DNA of 64,000 nt, from the sequence record MN871449.1; one strand, written 5' to 3'. The notes beneath the pieces are model-generated. The model did no database searches. It worked only from the letters and a program-made list of their open reading frames with translations, and was not told the origin of the DNA. The translations under genes were made by a program, and so were the position numbers. Shown piece by piece: positions 36,214 to 46,682 of this stretch. Within the stretch, counting starts at the first letter, position 1, and each line of letters opens with the position of its first letter.

Positions 36214-37473
36214 ATGAGCGAACAACTTTTAAAAGACTTAGCGGTTTACAGCGAAGTAAAGGTTTCTTTGGAATCCTGTCAGGTTATTCCTACCGATGCC
36301 CAAAAAATTCTGGGTATTTTCATGGGTGAGCGCTCAGAGGTTTCCGTCGAAGCCGACCGTGAATCCGTGACAATCGACGGGGATAAAAATAGCACGCTTG
36401 GTAAAATTTCGAGTAGAATCAAAGAAACACTCAAAAACCTCATCGAATGGGTCATGGAACGTTTCCGTGATTTCAAAGAGTGGGCCAGAACGTATCTGAT
36501 TGGCGTAGAGCAGGCGGAAAAAGAAATTGAAGCCGCAAAAGGTCTGCTGTCAGAGCATCGTAACTTTAAAACAGAAAAGATTACGTTATTGCCAACAGTG
36601 ACAGGGGCGTTAGCTGTGCAGGGCTCTTTAGATGAAAACTTCCCGAATAAGTTTGTAAATCTTCGCGGCGTACTTGAAATGATGGTTAACGTTCGCGATG
36701 GTTTGTCCGACTTGGCCGAGAACGCGATGGCGGTCGCTGAAAAATGGATTAACGCAGAGGATCATTTCACGGGCCAGGAATCGAAAGAAGCCGCCGCAGT
36801 CATTCAGAGCTACGCCAAAGTCGCTGAACCTATTTCGAGAGTGCTGACTCAACCTAATGAATCAAAAACATTTTCGGGCCCTAATCGCGCACATAACGAA
36901 GCTATCTTCGGCGGTAGAAACTTTGAAAAAGTACAAGACGTCGCATCCCTCCCATTACCGGGTGGTTATGCAGTGACTTCTATTTTAGTTAAAAAGATCA
37001 ACGGTCAAGGTTTTATGGGCATGGACGACTCTTTCGTTAATGCTGTTGATACATTAATAAAAATGCTCGATGGGCTCTCACCTAACCTTGTGAAAGTATA
37101 TCAAAGTGGAATTACTTTCTCCGGCGCACCGTTGAACGCCGCCAAAGCAAAAATTATTATTGACGAAGGGGTAAATTTACTCAATATCGTAAAAAACAGC
37201 CGCGAAAGTTCAGGTAGCTACGATAAAGTAGAAAAACAGTTTAAAGCTATTATTCAGACTCTGGAAGACAAGAAAAGTCAAACCAGTATTAATATCGCTC
37301 GACTGGGTTCTTTAATGCGTTCTTCGGTGAAACTGATCGAAGGCGACCGTTTTAAAACCTACCGTTACGTTGTTAAAACAGTAAGGGCTTCGCTCCGGTA
37401 TATTTCTGCCTCTGTTGAGTCTACTGCGCCAGAGACAGTCTCATCTTCGATGCGCCTGAACGCGCCAGCGTAG
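36214..37473 (+). CDS. Internal head protein paralog
   Basis: SLE/SVE sites then 'IKETLKNLIEWVMERFRDFKEW'. Confidence 0.72.
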   Translation: MSEQLLKDLAVYSEVKVSLESCQVIPTDAQKILGIFMGERSEVSVEADRESVTIDGDKNSTLGKISSRIKETLKNLIEWVMERFRDFKEWARTYLIGVEQAEKEIEAAKGLLSEHRNFKTEKITLLPTVTGALAVQGSLDENFPNKFVNLRGVLEMMVNVRDGLSDLAENAMAVAEKWINAEDHFTGQESKEAAAVIQSYAKVAEPISRVLTQPNESKTFSGPNRAHNEAIFGGRNFEKVQDVASLPLPGGYAVTSILVKKINGQGFMGMDDSFVNAVDTLIKMLDGLSPNLVKVYQSGITFSGAPLNAAKAKIIIDEGVNLLNIVKNSRESSGSYDKVEKQFKAIIQTLEDKKSQTSINIARLGSLMRSSVKLIEGDRFKTYRYVVKTVRASLRYISASVESTAPETVSSSMRLNAPA

Positions 37474-37485
37474 CCGGGAGGTAAA

Positions 37486-38715
37486 ATGCAAGATCAATTT
37501 AGCGCTCCTTCTCTTGAGGAGGAGATCACCGCTGCCGAAGGCAGTGTTGAAACCCGCCGTGATCTTGATGAGATTGATTCTGAAATAAGCGAAATACGTG
37601 AACGCGAAGAACTGGGTCAACGTTATTTGACCCAGGAAGAACAGAAGGGGCGGTTACAAATCGCCCCTGAGGAAATTACCCAAGAAGAAATGGATATTAT
37701 CCTCGCATTCACTGAATCCCTTGCTGAAGGCACCGGTGCACAGTACGCCGCCGTGATGCCTTCTTCAGAATCGGCATTATCGGGTCACCCTGCATTAGAG
37801 TCACTGAATTCATTACTCTCGGAGCTCTTGAAAGCCGCCGCTGCTTTACTCGATACGCTCTGGGGGAAACTCACAGATTATTGGGAACACCACCGTATTC
37901 GTATTCGCGGTATGATTAACCTCTCTACCGCCATTCGTAATATGGCAGAAGAGAAGATCGGTCGACCCTACTCTAATAAGAAATTGTCGATTGTTTCCGG
38001 TAAAACAATCCGTCACCTTTCTGTTGGCAATAATACGGTTAAGGATTTCGGTGCTGTCCGTAAGCAGTATAGTACCCTCCAAAAAACCATATTGGATATT
38101 CTCAAAGGGTGGTGTAAGGACGTCGCTGACCAAGGTGAAAAGTCTGTTGAAAAAATCACCAGTGAAGGCCACGAGAACGTACTGAACGCAATTGAGCACC
38201 AGAACGAACTCGCTAAGGAACTCTGGAAGAAACTCCCGCGTGAACTCCAGACGCCACTCTCGCTCTTAGGGGGTGTTTCGTTAGTCGTAGACCGAACGGA
38301 TGTTGTGGCCGCCTCTACGTTGGAACTCGCAAAAGAACTCCAACGACAGAAAGTGATCATGATCTCTGACCCCGATTATATCGATAAAGAAAAGATCGCC
38401 TTTACGCCTTTCCAACCGCAAGAGGTAATCGATTTGATGGACGACGTGAAGTCGGTTGGGTTATCGGTACTCGGTTTTATCGAGGATCAACACTTCACTG
38501 GGTTAGAGCGTCGCGTGAAACAATTTACGAAAGACGCGTACCGGAAACTAGACGGTCTTCAGGAACCGAGGAACGTTCGGCTAAGTACCCTGATCGATTA
38601 TCCGATCGCTTATAGTCGCTGGGTCAAAACACCGGCTGTAGAACTGTCGAGTTTACTGCTCGATGTTTCCCGCACCTTGCAACAGCTTGCAAAAGAGTCA
38701 CTATTAAAAGCATAA
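37486..38715 (+). CDS. Internal head protein paralog
   Basis: SLE/ALE sites then 'LLKAAAALLDTLWGKLTDYW'. Confidence 0.7.
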   Translation: MQDQFSAPSLEEEITAAEGSVETRRDLDEIDSEISEIREREELGQRYLTQEEQKGRLQIAPEEITQEEMDIILAFTESLAEGTGAQYAAVMPSSESALSGHPALESLNSLLSELLKAAAALLDTLWGKLTDYWEHHRIRIRGMINLSTAIRNMAEEKIGRPYSNKKLSIVSGKTIRHLSVGNNTVKDFGAVRKQYSTLQKTILDILKGWCKDVADQGEKSVEKITSEGHENVLNAIEHQNELAKELWKKLPRELQTPLSLLGGVSLVVDRTDVVAASTLELAKELQRQKVIMISDPDYIDKEKIAFTPFQPQEVIDLMDDVKSVGLSVLGFIEDQHFTGLERRVKQFTKDAYRKLDGLQEPRNVRLSTLIDYPIAYSRWVKTPAVELSSLLLDVSRTLQQLAKESLLKA

Positions 38716-38795
38716 GCAGAAGGACCGTTAGGTCCTTCTGTTATTTTTGACTTTTTATCAGTTTAATTTGACACGTCGTTCAATAAGGAAACACT

Positions 38796-39695
38796 ATGTA
38801 TATTGTTATTCACTTTATCGCCGCTCCCTTTGAGCAATCGTTTTCCTACGAAGGTACCATCGAGGAATTCCAAAGGGGGATTTACACTATCCGTAATTTG
38901 GTCAACGTCGACAAAGCCGGGGAAAACATCTTTAACGTTACTCCGTCAGGCATCTCCACTGAGTTTGGTGTGAGTGGGTCGGCGCTGTACAAGAAACTGT
39001 TCGACCTGGTTAGTAAAGCTGATCCTCGTCTTCTTCGAATTAAGAACGACCAGTTCGAAGGAAACACCAGCGTAGATAACGGCCTTTATACGTACCAGTT
39101 CAAAGTTGGCGGGATCGATTCATTTACCTGTCAAGTCAATTCGCAGAACTCTGTCGATCATGTCCTGAATTATATCAGAGGTTCTCGAGCGATGTTTGAG
39201 ATCTTTGAGCAATTCCTGATCTCCGTTCGTAACGATTTCCCTGCGGACACCGCTGTGCCCCCGGTACCAAAAGAAGCACCGGCAGCAGAACCTCTCTTCA
39301 TTCCTGAGACTGAAGTCGCGCCTCGTGTGCCGGTGGAAGTAAAAAACGGTCGCCCTGTTGTCGCCGCTCAACGCGAAGAGAAAATGCAGGAATTAGGGAT
39401 TCTGGTTTGTCGGATCGGAAACCCTATCATTGAAGTTGTGCTGCGTTCCCCTATCGCACATCGTCTTCAGACCACTGCATTCGCTGAGACACTAAAAGGG
39501 TATCTCGATCAGAACGGTGTCCTCACCACGGCCGATAACGGACGTCGTCTGTTGGCAGTCTCTGAGGCACAAGCGTCCCGTTTCGAGGATTTGATCCGTT
39601 CCGCAGTACAAGACCACAACGCGCTGGAAGGCACCGAGTTTGGTCGGGAAGAATATCTCCCAGGAAAAGAAGTCCCAGGCCGTATCTACCTCTAA
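38796..39695 (+). CDS. Hypothetical protein (299 aa)
   Basis: AAGGAA RBS; flanked by hairpins 38718-38741 and 39703-39731. Confidence 0.75.
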   Translation: MYIVIHFIAAPFEQSFSYEGTIEEFQRGIYTIRNLVNVDKAGENIFNVTPSGISTEFGVSGSALYKKLFDLVSKADPRLLRIKNDQFEGNTSVDNGLYTYQFKVGGIDSFTCQVNSQNSVDHVLNYIRGSRAMFEIFEQFLISVRNDFPADTAVPPVPKEAPAAEPLFIPETEVAPRVPVEVKNGRPVVAAQREEKMQELGILVCRIGNPIIEVVLRSPIAHRLQTTAFAETLKGYLDQNGVLTTADNGRRLLAVSEAQASRFEDLIRSAVQDHNALEGTEFGREEYLPGKEVPGRIYL

Positions 39696-39763
39696 GAAAC
39701 CCGGAATGCAAGGCTTCTGGCCTTGCATTCCTATGACTTTTTCGGGCCCCAGAGGGAAGAATA

Positions 39764-41305
39764 ATGCCACGTTTCACATATGAGTTACCTGACGTTGACG
39801 TCATGATTACCCGCCCAATCGTGATGGCGGTCACTCGCTCGATCATCGGTGTAACCGGTATGCCCGAAGACACCTTTATCGAATACGCGGGCGATGAGCG
39901 AGGAATCCCCACTTGGCGAACCACGCTCAATCAACAAGAATGGGATCCTACCGATACCGCAAGGTTTGGGTTCTACGGGAAGGTAAAGGTCGCCTACAGC
40001 GAAGAACCAGAACCAGATAACATTCTAACCAGTGCGTACTATTACCCGGACAACAACATTGTTTGGGCGGATCCCAAAATCAACACGTACCTGACCACCT
40101 TCCGTGAACCGGTTAAAGCACGCCTGACGTTTACTTACCGAACTAAAGATAAAAACGAAGCCAAGAATTGGCAAAGTAGAATGCGTAAGTTAATGCGTAA
40201 CCATTTTATCGATCAATCGTTCTACGCCGATTTTAATTACGTATTACCGTACACACTGTTTGACTTCTTCGATCTCTTTTACAAAATGCGAGAAAGAGTC
40301 GAAGGTTACGGCGACAGCTTTAGCGAGTGGTTCAAACAAGGACTACTGGCTGACAACACCGTACTGGTTACGCAAGGGGCTGAAAAACCTCAGTTCGTTT
40401 TCCGTGAGACCCAGCTCGATATCTTAGGGAACTTTGAGTTTGATACCCCACCCATTGAAGATAAGGTCGATGACGGTACCGCGTACGAAATCGAGTTCAG
40501 TTATCGATTTGGTTTTGACCGCCCTATCGGCTTTATGATGAAACACCCGTTAGTTATCCACAATCAAATTGTTCCGAGAACCCATCGGACTCAAACTTCG
40601 TGGTATGACGCAGATCCTCTAACGGGTCGCGGGTCAATCAGTTCGACGCGTTACCGCAAATTGTTCCAGGAGCAGTATTTCTACAAGAATTTAAACAGAG
40701 GGAACATTGTCCCTTCGTTTGACGACTGGATGCCGACACAGGTGGCTGCCGATACCGCGAACCTGACCCAGTTCCTGATTCAAGTCGATACCACGAATCG
40801 GAAGAAGGTTTTGTCACTCACAGATCTCCCTAAGATGTCTTTTGATCCGCTACTGGTCGAATACATGAAGGAAACTCGTGCGTATTTAACCAAACGTACG
40901 GGTAGTTGGGTCCATGTCGCTGTCTATCAAAACGACCGCCCTTTAGATCCTCGTTCAATAACGATTGATGAAGACCTGACTATCTGGGTAGACACAGACC
41001 TTGATTTAAGGTCCCTGTATCACGTCAGAATCGGTTTATTTACACAATTGATGTCATTACAGCCTTTTGCTGTAGATCTTCTTAGAAAACGTCCTGAGTA
41101 CCTTAAAATGGCCATTGATGGCCTTGACCCAGAGTACGGTAAGAAATATAGCTACCCGACGGCAAAACCGGGGAGATTGGTATCGAAACTGGACTACGTT
41201 GACGCCGCCCGTAATTTGGCCGTCACCGCCAGAAGATTCTACTCGCCAAAATACCGGTACATTCTTCTCCCGACTCAACTCAACACTTTATTCACAGTTC
41301 AATAG
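39764..41305 (+). CDS. Virion structural protein (phiKZ gp98-like)
   Basis: 513-aa ORF starting the conserved gp98-101-like operon; synteny. Confidence 0.65.
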   Translation: MPRFTYELPDVDVMITRPIVMAVTRSIIGVTGMPEDTFIEYAGDERGIPTWRTTLNQQEWDPTDTARFGFYGKVKVAYSEEPEPDNILTSAYYYPDNNIVWADPKINTYLTTFREPVKARLTFTYRTKDKNEAKNWQSRMRKLMRNHFIDQSFYADFNYVLPYTLFDFFDLFYKMRERVEGYGDSFSEWFKQGLLADNTVLVTQGAEKPQFVFRETQLDILGNFEFDTPPIEDKVDDGTAYEIEFSYRFGFDRPIGFMMKHPLVIHNQIVPRTHRTQTSWYDADPLTGRGSISSTRYRKLFQEQYFYKNLNRGNIVPSFDDWMPTQVAADTANLTQFLIQVDTTNRKKVLSLTDLPKMSFDPLLVEYMKETRAYLTKRTGSWVHVAVYQNDRPLDPRSITIDEDLTIWVDTDLDLRSLYHVRIGLFTQLMSLQPFAVDLLRKRPEYLKMAIDGLDPEYGKKYSYPTAKPGRLVSKLDYVDAARNLAVTARRFYSPKYRYILLPTQLNTLFTVQ

Positions 41306-41316
41306 GAGCACGGTAA

Positions 41317-42690
41317 ATGTCCTTGTTTAACGAAGAAGACGATGCACCGTCACAGCCCCTTCCCCAGTTTAAAGCGAACAAAACCCCGTATCGGGATATT
41401 GCCATCGATACCGCCTATACGCCCGTAGGAACAATCCTGACGACGATAGAAGGGAAACGTTGGCCGGTGACGTGGTACAGTCAAATTCTGAACGGCGATA
41501 ACGCGCCAGCGGGCTTACAGGTTTCTCGTCTTGAAATCAACCAACAGTACAAGAAGATCAATAACCTTGAACTGAAAGTAACAGAACCTATTCAAGTCAG
41601 TCCAGAATTCCGACCAGAAATCCAGGAATTCACTGTTCGTGGTGGAGCGAACATGTACCCGGGCGTACGGCCAAACGTGGGAGACCTTTTCACGGCAACC
41701 CTGTTGGACGGACGTGTAGGGATTTTCCAGGTGTCAGCGCCACCGGAGCAACGCTCTATCTACATGCAGTCCACGTACCGCATTGAATACGTCATGCGGG
41801 ATTTCCTTAACGCTGATTACGCAAAGAAGCTCGTTGACAAAACGGTCGAAGAATACTTCTTTATTCCCAGCTTCCTGGATTCCGGGATTAACCCCGTTAT
41901 TTCAGATTCTGCGCATGGCGACTACCAAAGTCTGATGGAATGGCGAGAAAAGATCCCGATGTTCCATCTCAGCAAGTTCTACGATAAGGAATACGCCACG
42001 CTGACCTTACCGGGTCAAGGACGGAATATCATTTACGATCCTTTCCTGACCACCTTTGTAGCGGCGCTCTGGTCCCATGAAAATATCGGCTCGTTTCACG
42101 GGATGGCTTTCCTTAACGTGATGGACGGTACCATCAGAGAGATCAAAACCGTATTCGATGCGCTATTAGATCAAGAAGATATCATGATGGATATCGTCGA
42201 GACGAAGATCCCTGCCGTCGCCTCAAACTTCTTTTTGAATGATCCGTTCTTTCGTGGCCCACAGTACATGGGTATCCCGTATGTCTGTTTCCCTAATCGG
42301 TCTGACCGGTATCGGAACAGTTGGGAGGTGAAACCGAAAGCAGTTTCGTTGAAACAAGGCTACCGTACCCGACCAAAAGTACGTTATACCCTTGAGCAGT
42401 ATTTCCCGGAAGGGGTGCTCATTCCGTATTCCCAGGGATGGAACAAAGGGATCAAAGACGTTACGATTGACGATTACTACATTTTTAGTGAAGACTTCTA
42501 CGGACGTCGGACAGGGGAACTTTCCGTTCTCGAAACGTTAGTTTGGCAGGCCATCGAAAAAGGACAAGTATCGGCACAGGACGTTATGGCGTTGTTTAAC
42601 GACGCACGCAATTGGGACGACTTGAATCAGTTCTATTACTTGCCGATCCTTTACGCGTTGATCCCTGCCGCTTTAAGAGGGTTATCGTAA
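41317..42690 (+). CDS. Virion structural protein (phiKZ gp99-like, possible neck)
   Basis: GxRWPVTWY and PNVGDLF motifs; synteny. Confidence 0.65.
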   Translation: MSLFNEEDDAPSQPLPQFKANKTPYRDIAIDTAYTPVGTILTTIEGKRWPVTWYSQILNGDNAPAGLQVSRLEINQQYKKINNLELKVTEPIQVSPEFRPEIQEFTVRGGANMYPGVRPNVGDLFTATLLDGRVGIFQVSAPPEQRSIYMQSTYRIEYVMRDFLNADYAKKLVDKTVEEYFFIPSFLDSGINPVISDSAHGDYQSLMEWREKIPMFHLSKFYDKEYATLTLPGQGRNIIYDPFLTTFVAALWSHENIGSFHGMAFLNVMDGTIREIKTVFDALLDQEDIMMDIVETKIPAVASNFFLNDPFFRGPQYMGIPYVCFPNRSDRYRNSWEVKPKAVSLKQGYRTRPKVRYTLEQYFPEGVLIPYSQGWNKGIKDVTIDDYYIFSEDFYGRRTGELSVLETLVWQAIEKGQVSAQDVMALFNDARNWDDLNQFYYLPILYALIPAALRGLS

Positions 42691-43313
42691 TGACGACAAC
42701 CGTGGTCATTGAAACCGCACGCACCAAACCAAAAACTGCAGGTCAAATTATTTTTGACAAAATGTTTAGCGTGAGGATGTCCGTTGTGGACGCCATGGAC
42801 GAAAACGATGTTCATTCACGCGGGATGTTTACAACCGGTTATGCGGATATTGATGCACAGGCAGCAAAACGTCCTACCGTGGTCTGGCGAACGATTGCGG
42901 AGATGGTGGAGTTATGGCATGACGGCGTGGCGATGGAGTTGGTCAACGGTATGGTTGATGCCGAGAAGATCAACAAAATCATACAGGAACATTTAGCGGA
43001 CTGTACGCGTTGGCACCAATCGCAGCAGTACGGTCTTCGCAGAGAAGACCCAAGTGTCACACAGCAGCGTTTAGAAGATCTTCGTAAGATGGACGAATTC
43101 GCTCGCCAGATTTACAACAAAGTCCGTCAACACGGCAAAGACGATAACGTCACTGGATTGGCTAAGGTTATCAAGAGTGCTGCACCCGCGATTGGTCTCG
43201 ATCCTTTCGGTCAAAAAGCGGTGGTCTCTAAACGCAGTGCGGCGGATTATATCCCTATCGAAGAACGTATCGATTACGACGTCCTCAAGAAACGTAAGAG
43301 GTACCGTTCATGA
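42690..43313 (+). CDS. Conserved hypothetical protein (phiKZ gp100-like)
   Basis: ATG overlaps the upstream TAA at 42690; synteny. Confidence 0.65.
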   Translation: MTTTVVIETARTKPKTAGQIIFDKMFSVRMSVVDAMDENDVHSRGMFTTGYADIDAQAAKRPTVVWRTIAEMVELWHDGVAMELVNGMVDAEKINKIIQEHLADCTRWHQSQQYGLRREDPSVTQQRLEDLRKMDEFARQIYNKVRQHGKDDNVTGLAKVIKSAAPAIGLDPFGQKAVVSKRSAADYIPIEERIDYDVLKKRKRYRS

Positions 43314-44653
43314 ATACCCAATTACTTCGCCAGCAAATCATGACATTGGCGGCGAGTGGCGCCAACCCTCGTTACCAACTCCGGGCAATCTTTACGGTAC
43401 AAGGCGTTCAGTACCCCGTAAAGGCTGTTATCGGGAAACGAATCCGATCGGAGTACGGTGAGCGTTTTTGTTCGAATATCACCCTTGAGATTGCCATGAT
43501 TACAAAAGACTTTAACCAGCTCTTTGCAGTCAGAGACAATCTCTACCTGACACTGTTCCAGGAACAGGTGGATGCGGTGTCCGAAGTGAAGTTCAGTAAT
43601 GGCCTTACTATTCAGACGACATACCGGGCATTCTTTTCGAATAACGAAATCGCCTCATTAGGCGGGACACCCGGATTACAATCGACGCCTTATACAGACG
43701 GTTCTGATGATCTCCGAATCTTTCATGTGCAGTTAGTCGACCCGATCGCATTGAGCATGTCGGCTAAATCGGCACAGGGTGTATTCCGCTTCAGTACCGC
43801 CAGTGACGTTCTACGGGCGTATATCATTGCGAAAACGAACGAGGACAAGCAAGCGGGTCTTCCGCCGCTCTTAGGGCTGGAGATGGTTGATGCTGACGTC
43901 ACCGGAGAAAGCGCGATCCGTGAACAGATTATTGTTGACCATCAAGTGAAGATGACGAGTTTACCGCATTATCTTCAGGCGAAAGAGGGCGGGTTGTATA
44001 ACCACGGTATCGGTTCGTTTATTGAGAATCAGCGCTGGTTTATTTTCCCGTTGTACAACACGCAACGGTTTACTAAAACCGAAAAACGCCTCTCGGTCTT
44101 TGTGGCGGATTCGCTAAAACTCCCCACGGCAGATTGCACGTATAAGTGGGAAGGGTCAACGTTAAAGGTCATCGCCACCGGCGGCGCAAAGACGCAAGAT
44201 ATCTCTGTCTCCGGTAACGTGTCGTCTGGTAACGGTGTTCACTTCCAGAAAGCCAGTAATTTCTTTGAGAGTCCGGTGGTGGTTGATGGCGATAACCGCG
44301 CGGTTTACAACCGTGAAGCGGTCTCTGTCGATATCATGCGCAAGCCCCGTAGTGACGGGTTAACAATTGCTCATGTTTCAGATAATCCTATTACGGATAA
44401 CCTGGCGAGAGAACAATCGCGTATCGCTGCGTACGACGGGCTGATCATGGCAGTGAAATGGGAGCGGTCTGACATCCGGTTACTTACCCCCGGAATGCCA
44501 GTTCGCGTTTACTACGACAATGGGTCAGTGACAACGATCCTTGAAGGTACACTTATACGGGCAGAAGAACAGTGGAACACGGAAACTCCAGGACTGATGC
44601 AAAAATTACAAGTATCAGCCGCTTTACTCACCTTTTTCCTGGCGAAACCTTAA
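43310..44653 (+). CDS. Virion structural protein (phiKZ gp101-like, possible baseplate hub)
   Basis: ATGA overlap; C-terminal LLTPGMPVRV motif; synteny. Confidence 0.62.
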   Translation: MNTQLLRQQIMTLAASGANPRYQLRAIFTVQGVQYPVKAVIGKRIRSEYGERFCSNITLEIAMITKDFNQLFAVRDNLYLTLFQEQVDAVSEVKFSNGLTIQTTYRAFFSNNEIASLGGTPGLQSTPYTDGSDDLRIFHVQLVDPIALSMSAKSAQGVFRFSTASDVLRAYIIAKTNEDKQAGLPPLLGLEMVDADVTGESAIREQIIVDHQVKMTSLPHYLQAKEGGLYNHGIGSFIENQRWFIFPLYNTQRFTKTEKRLSVFVADSLKLPTADCTYKWEGSTLKVIATGGAKTQDISVSGNVSSGNGVHFQKASNFFESPVVVDGDNRAVYNREAVSVDIMRKPRSDGLTIAHVSDNPITDNLAREQSRIAAYDGLIMAVKWERSDIRLLTPGMPVRVYYDNGSVTTILEGTLIRAEEQWNTETPGLMQKLQVSAALLTFFLAKP

Positions 44654-45207
44654 CCGAACTACAGGTAGAGCACAGGGTAATAAATCCAGACGAAGAATTT
44701 AATTTAAACGGGAGTGAACTCGCCCAGCTGAATAAACTCACGTCGGAACTACAACAGCATCTTAATAAAGTCAATTGTCATCGGTTACAAATCCAGACGT
44801 TTACTGAAGCCGTACTTGAGGTGATGGACGTCCATCAGAAATCGGTTGAATTATGGCTACTGCGCGATGGCGGAAGAGTCGTCGGGTATGCAGTCAGTTT
44901 GATTGATCAACACCCCGTCATCGACACATTGATCATCGGTCAAAAATATCGAGGACAGGGATTAGGAACTAAATTACTCCAATCGATTCGAGCGGCGAAA
45001 AAGAATCACGCAATCAAGTTAATCGTTGTGCGCAAAGACAAGGTTGCTTTAGGGTTCTATCTCGCCCAAGGTGGCTTCGTTGACTTTGATCATCTTTCTC
45101 GTTTTACGCACTTAATCATTTTCCCGCCTTTGTCGTCAGACAGGAGTCTTTATGCTTTATCCCGAGAACCAGAAATGGGTACCGAAGGTCAAGGAATGGA
45201 TTACTGA
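44572..45207 (+). CDS. GNAT-family N-acetyltransferase (start uncertain)
   Basis: IDTLIIGQKYRGQGLGTKLL and ALGFYLAQG motifs. The 5' part overlaps the upstream gene, so the true start is probably later. Confidence 0.75.
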   Translation: MEHGNSRTDAKITSISRFTHLFPGETLTELQVEHRVINPDEEFNLNGSELAQLNKLTSELQQHLNKVNCHRLQIQTFTEAVLEVMDVHQKSVELWLLRDGGRVVGYAVSLIDQHPVIDTLIIGQKYRGQGLGTKLLQSIRAAKKNHAIKLIVVRKDKVALGFYLAQGGFVDFDHLSRFTHLIIFPPLSSDRSLYALSREPEMGTEGQGMDY

Positions 45208-45979
45208 CTCCTTGGCCCGAACCAAGACGTACAATCAACGCCAGCTTCTCACTATCGACGAAGTACTGAATCCGTGTTTTAGCGACCCGTGGGGACACAA
45301 CACGATCAATTACGCGATTTCATTAGTCGATGGCTATATCATGCCGAAGTTTCCAAAGGACGGGGTCTACGAACCTTTACTTGATCGTTACCCTATGGCT
45401 ATCGAAGCCACGCAAGAAATTGTTAACTTTTTGGAGACCGTCAGTTTTGATACCGATCAAAGCGATGAACTCATTCGTACCCATATTCAAAAACTCTTTT
45501 CATGGCTCTATGCGTGGAATACGGAGTTGATCTGGGTAGACAAAGTTCATCCGGAAGATATCTGTGTCAAAGTGCTATTCGGTAACGATCCGCCCACTTA
45601 CGCGGAACGTGCCGCGTTAGTGAATAATGAATCCCCGGATTTCTTTTTACGCGGGAAGGATTATTATGAAATTGAAACGTGGTTAACGAAGATCGATGAT
45701 TGGTCGGCTTTTGCCGTCAATCGTTTCCCGTATCAGGAAGAAAGCTTCAGTCTTTACTTCCCAGGACAAGGTTATAGTTTCGGTAAAGAACGTGCTGCAT
45801 TTGAAATGCAGTCGCAGGCCAGAGGCATCGCTTATTCGCTTTATGGGGTAATGGCGAAAGCCTTAACCGATAAAACGAAATTGACAAAGCAATTCTGGTC
45901 ACGGCGTTTAGCAGTATTGACCGATGCGGCAGTTTACTGCAATCCTGTTCTGTCGTATATCCTACGTTTCGACTTCTGA
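45152..45979 (+). CDS. Hypothetical protein (275 aa)
   Basis: ORF with AGGAG RBS. Confidence 0.7.
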   Translation: MLYPENQKWVPKVKEWITDSLARTKTYNQRQLLTIDEVLNPCFSDPWGHNTINYAISLVDGYIMPKFPKDGVYEPLLDRYPMAIEATQEIVNFLETVSFDTDQSDELIRTHIQKLFSWLYAWNTELIWVDKVHPEDICVKVLFGNDPPTYAERAALVNNESPDFFLRGKDYYEIETWLTKIDDWSAFAVNRFPYQEESFSLYFPGQGYSFGKERAAFEMQSQARGIAYSLYGVMAKALTDKTKLTKQFWSRRLAVLTDAAVYCNPVLSYILRFDF

Positions 45980-46060
45980 TGAGATTAGAAACCATTTGGT
46001 TACACTGGTGAGGGTTTCCTCACCAGTGGACTTTTTATTTCTTAATGAGGAATCACGAGA

Positions 46061-46234
46061 ATGAGCGATAATAAGGTATCTTACCATATCGACGCTGGCG
46101 GTGAGGTTGAACTCTCTCCACGTGCCTACCAGGAAACCGTGTTACAGTATCGCTTCGGTTATACCGAAGCTCAACTGGCCAATATGTCTGACAATCAAAT
46201 CGCACAACGGTATGCAGAACTAACTGAAGGATAA
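46061..46234 (+). CDS. Small hypothetical protein (57 aa; not in the ORF track)
   Basis: GAGGAA RBS; MSDNKVSYHIDAGGEVELSP...ELTEG*. Confidence 0.7.
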   Translation: MSDNKVSYHIDAGGEVELSPRAYQETVLQYRFGYTEAQLANMSDNQIAQRYAELTEG

Positions 46235-46237
46235 TCT

Positions 46238-46600
46238 ATGGCTGACTTGATTAATCTTGGCGAACGTCGTATGGAACGTATGACAACAACAGAACAGATA
46301 GAACACGTCTACCGACTCATCGATAAAATAGATCATTTCGTGATCAAGTCGGCCAGTGAAATGTTAGAACTGCTCAAATACAAACATCAACAGCAGGACA
46401 GTACCGCCGCTATCTGTCTCCATCTGATCTACGTCGGTTTCTTTACGGGAGACGAAGGTGCGGACTATACCGGCGATGAATTACTGAAGTTGGTGGAGGA
46501 TAACCTGACACGGTATAAAGGATGTCTTTACCGCAAGCTCAAACAGCAGTACCCGTGTAACCCCGAAGTAGACAAACTGAATCCGCTAAAAAGCGTATAA
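46238..46600 (+). CDS. Hypothetical protein (120 aa)
   Basis: AAGGA RBS, coupled to the upstream gene. Confidence 0.7.
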   Translation: MADLINLGERRMERMTTTEQIEHVYRLIDKIDHFVIKSASEMLELLKYKHQQQDSTAAICLHLIYVGFFTGDEGADYTGDELLKLVEDNLTRYKGCLYRKLKQQYPCNPEVDKLNPLKSV

Positions 46601-46610
46601 GCTAAAAAGC

Positions 46611-46642
46611 CTCCCATGGATAGCTTTCGCTATCCATGGGAG
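46611..46642. terminator. Bidirectional hairpin terminator
   Basis: CTCCCATGGATAGC-TTTC-GCTATCCATGGGAG between convergent genes. Confidence 0.75.
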
Positions 46643-46682
46643 CGGCACTATGCCGTTATTGAGTGAAAAGGTTATGAATGAA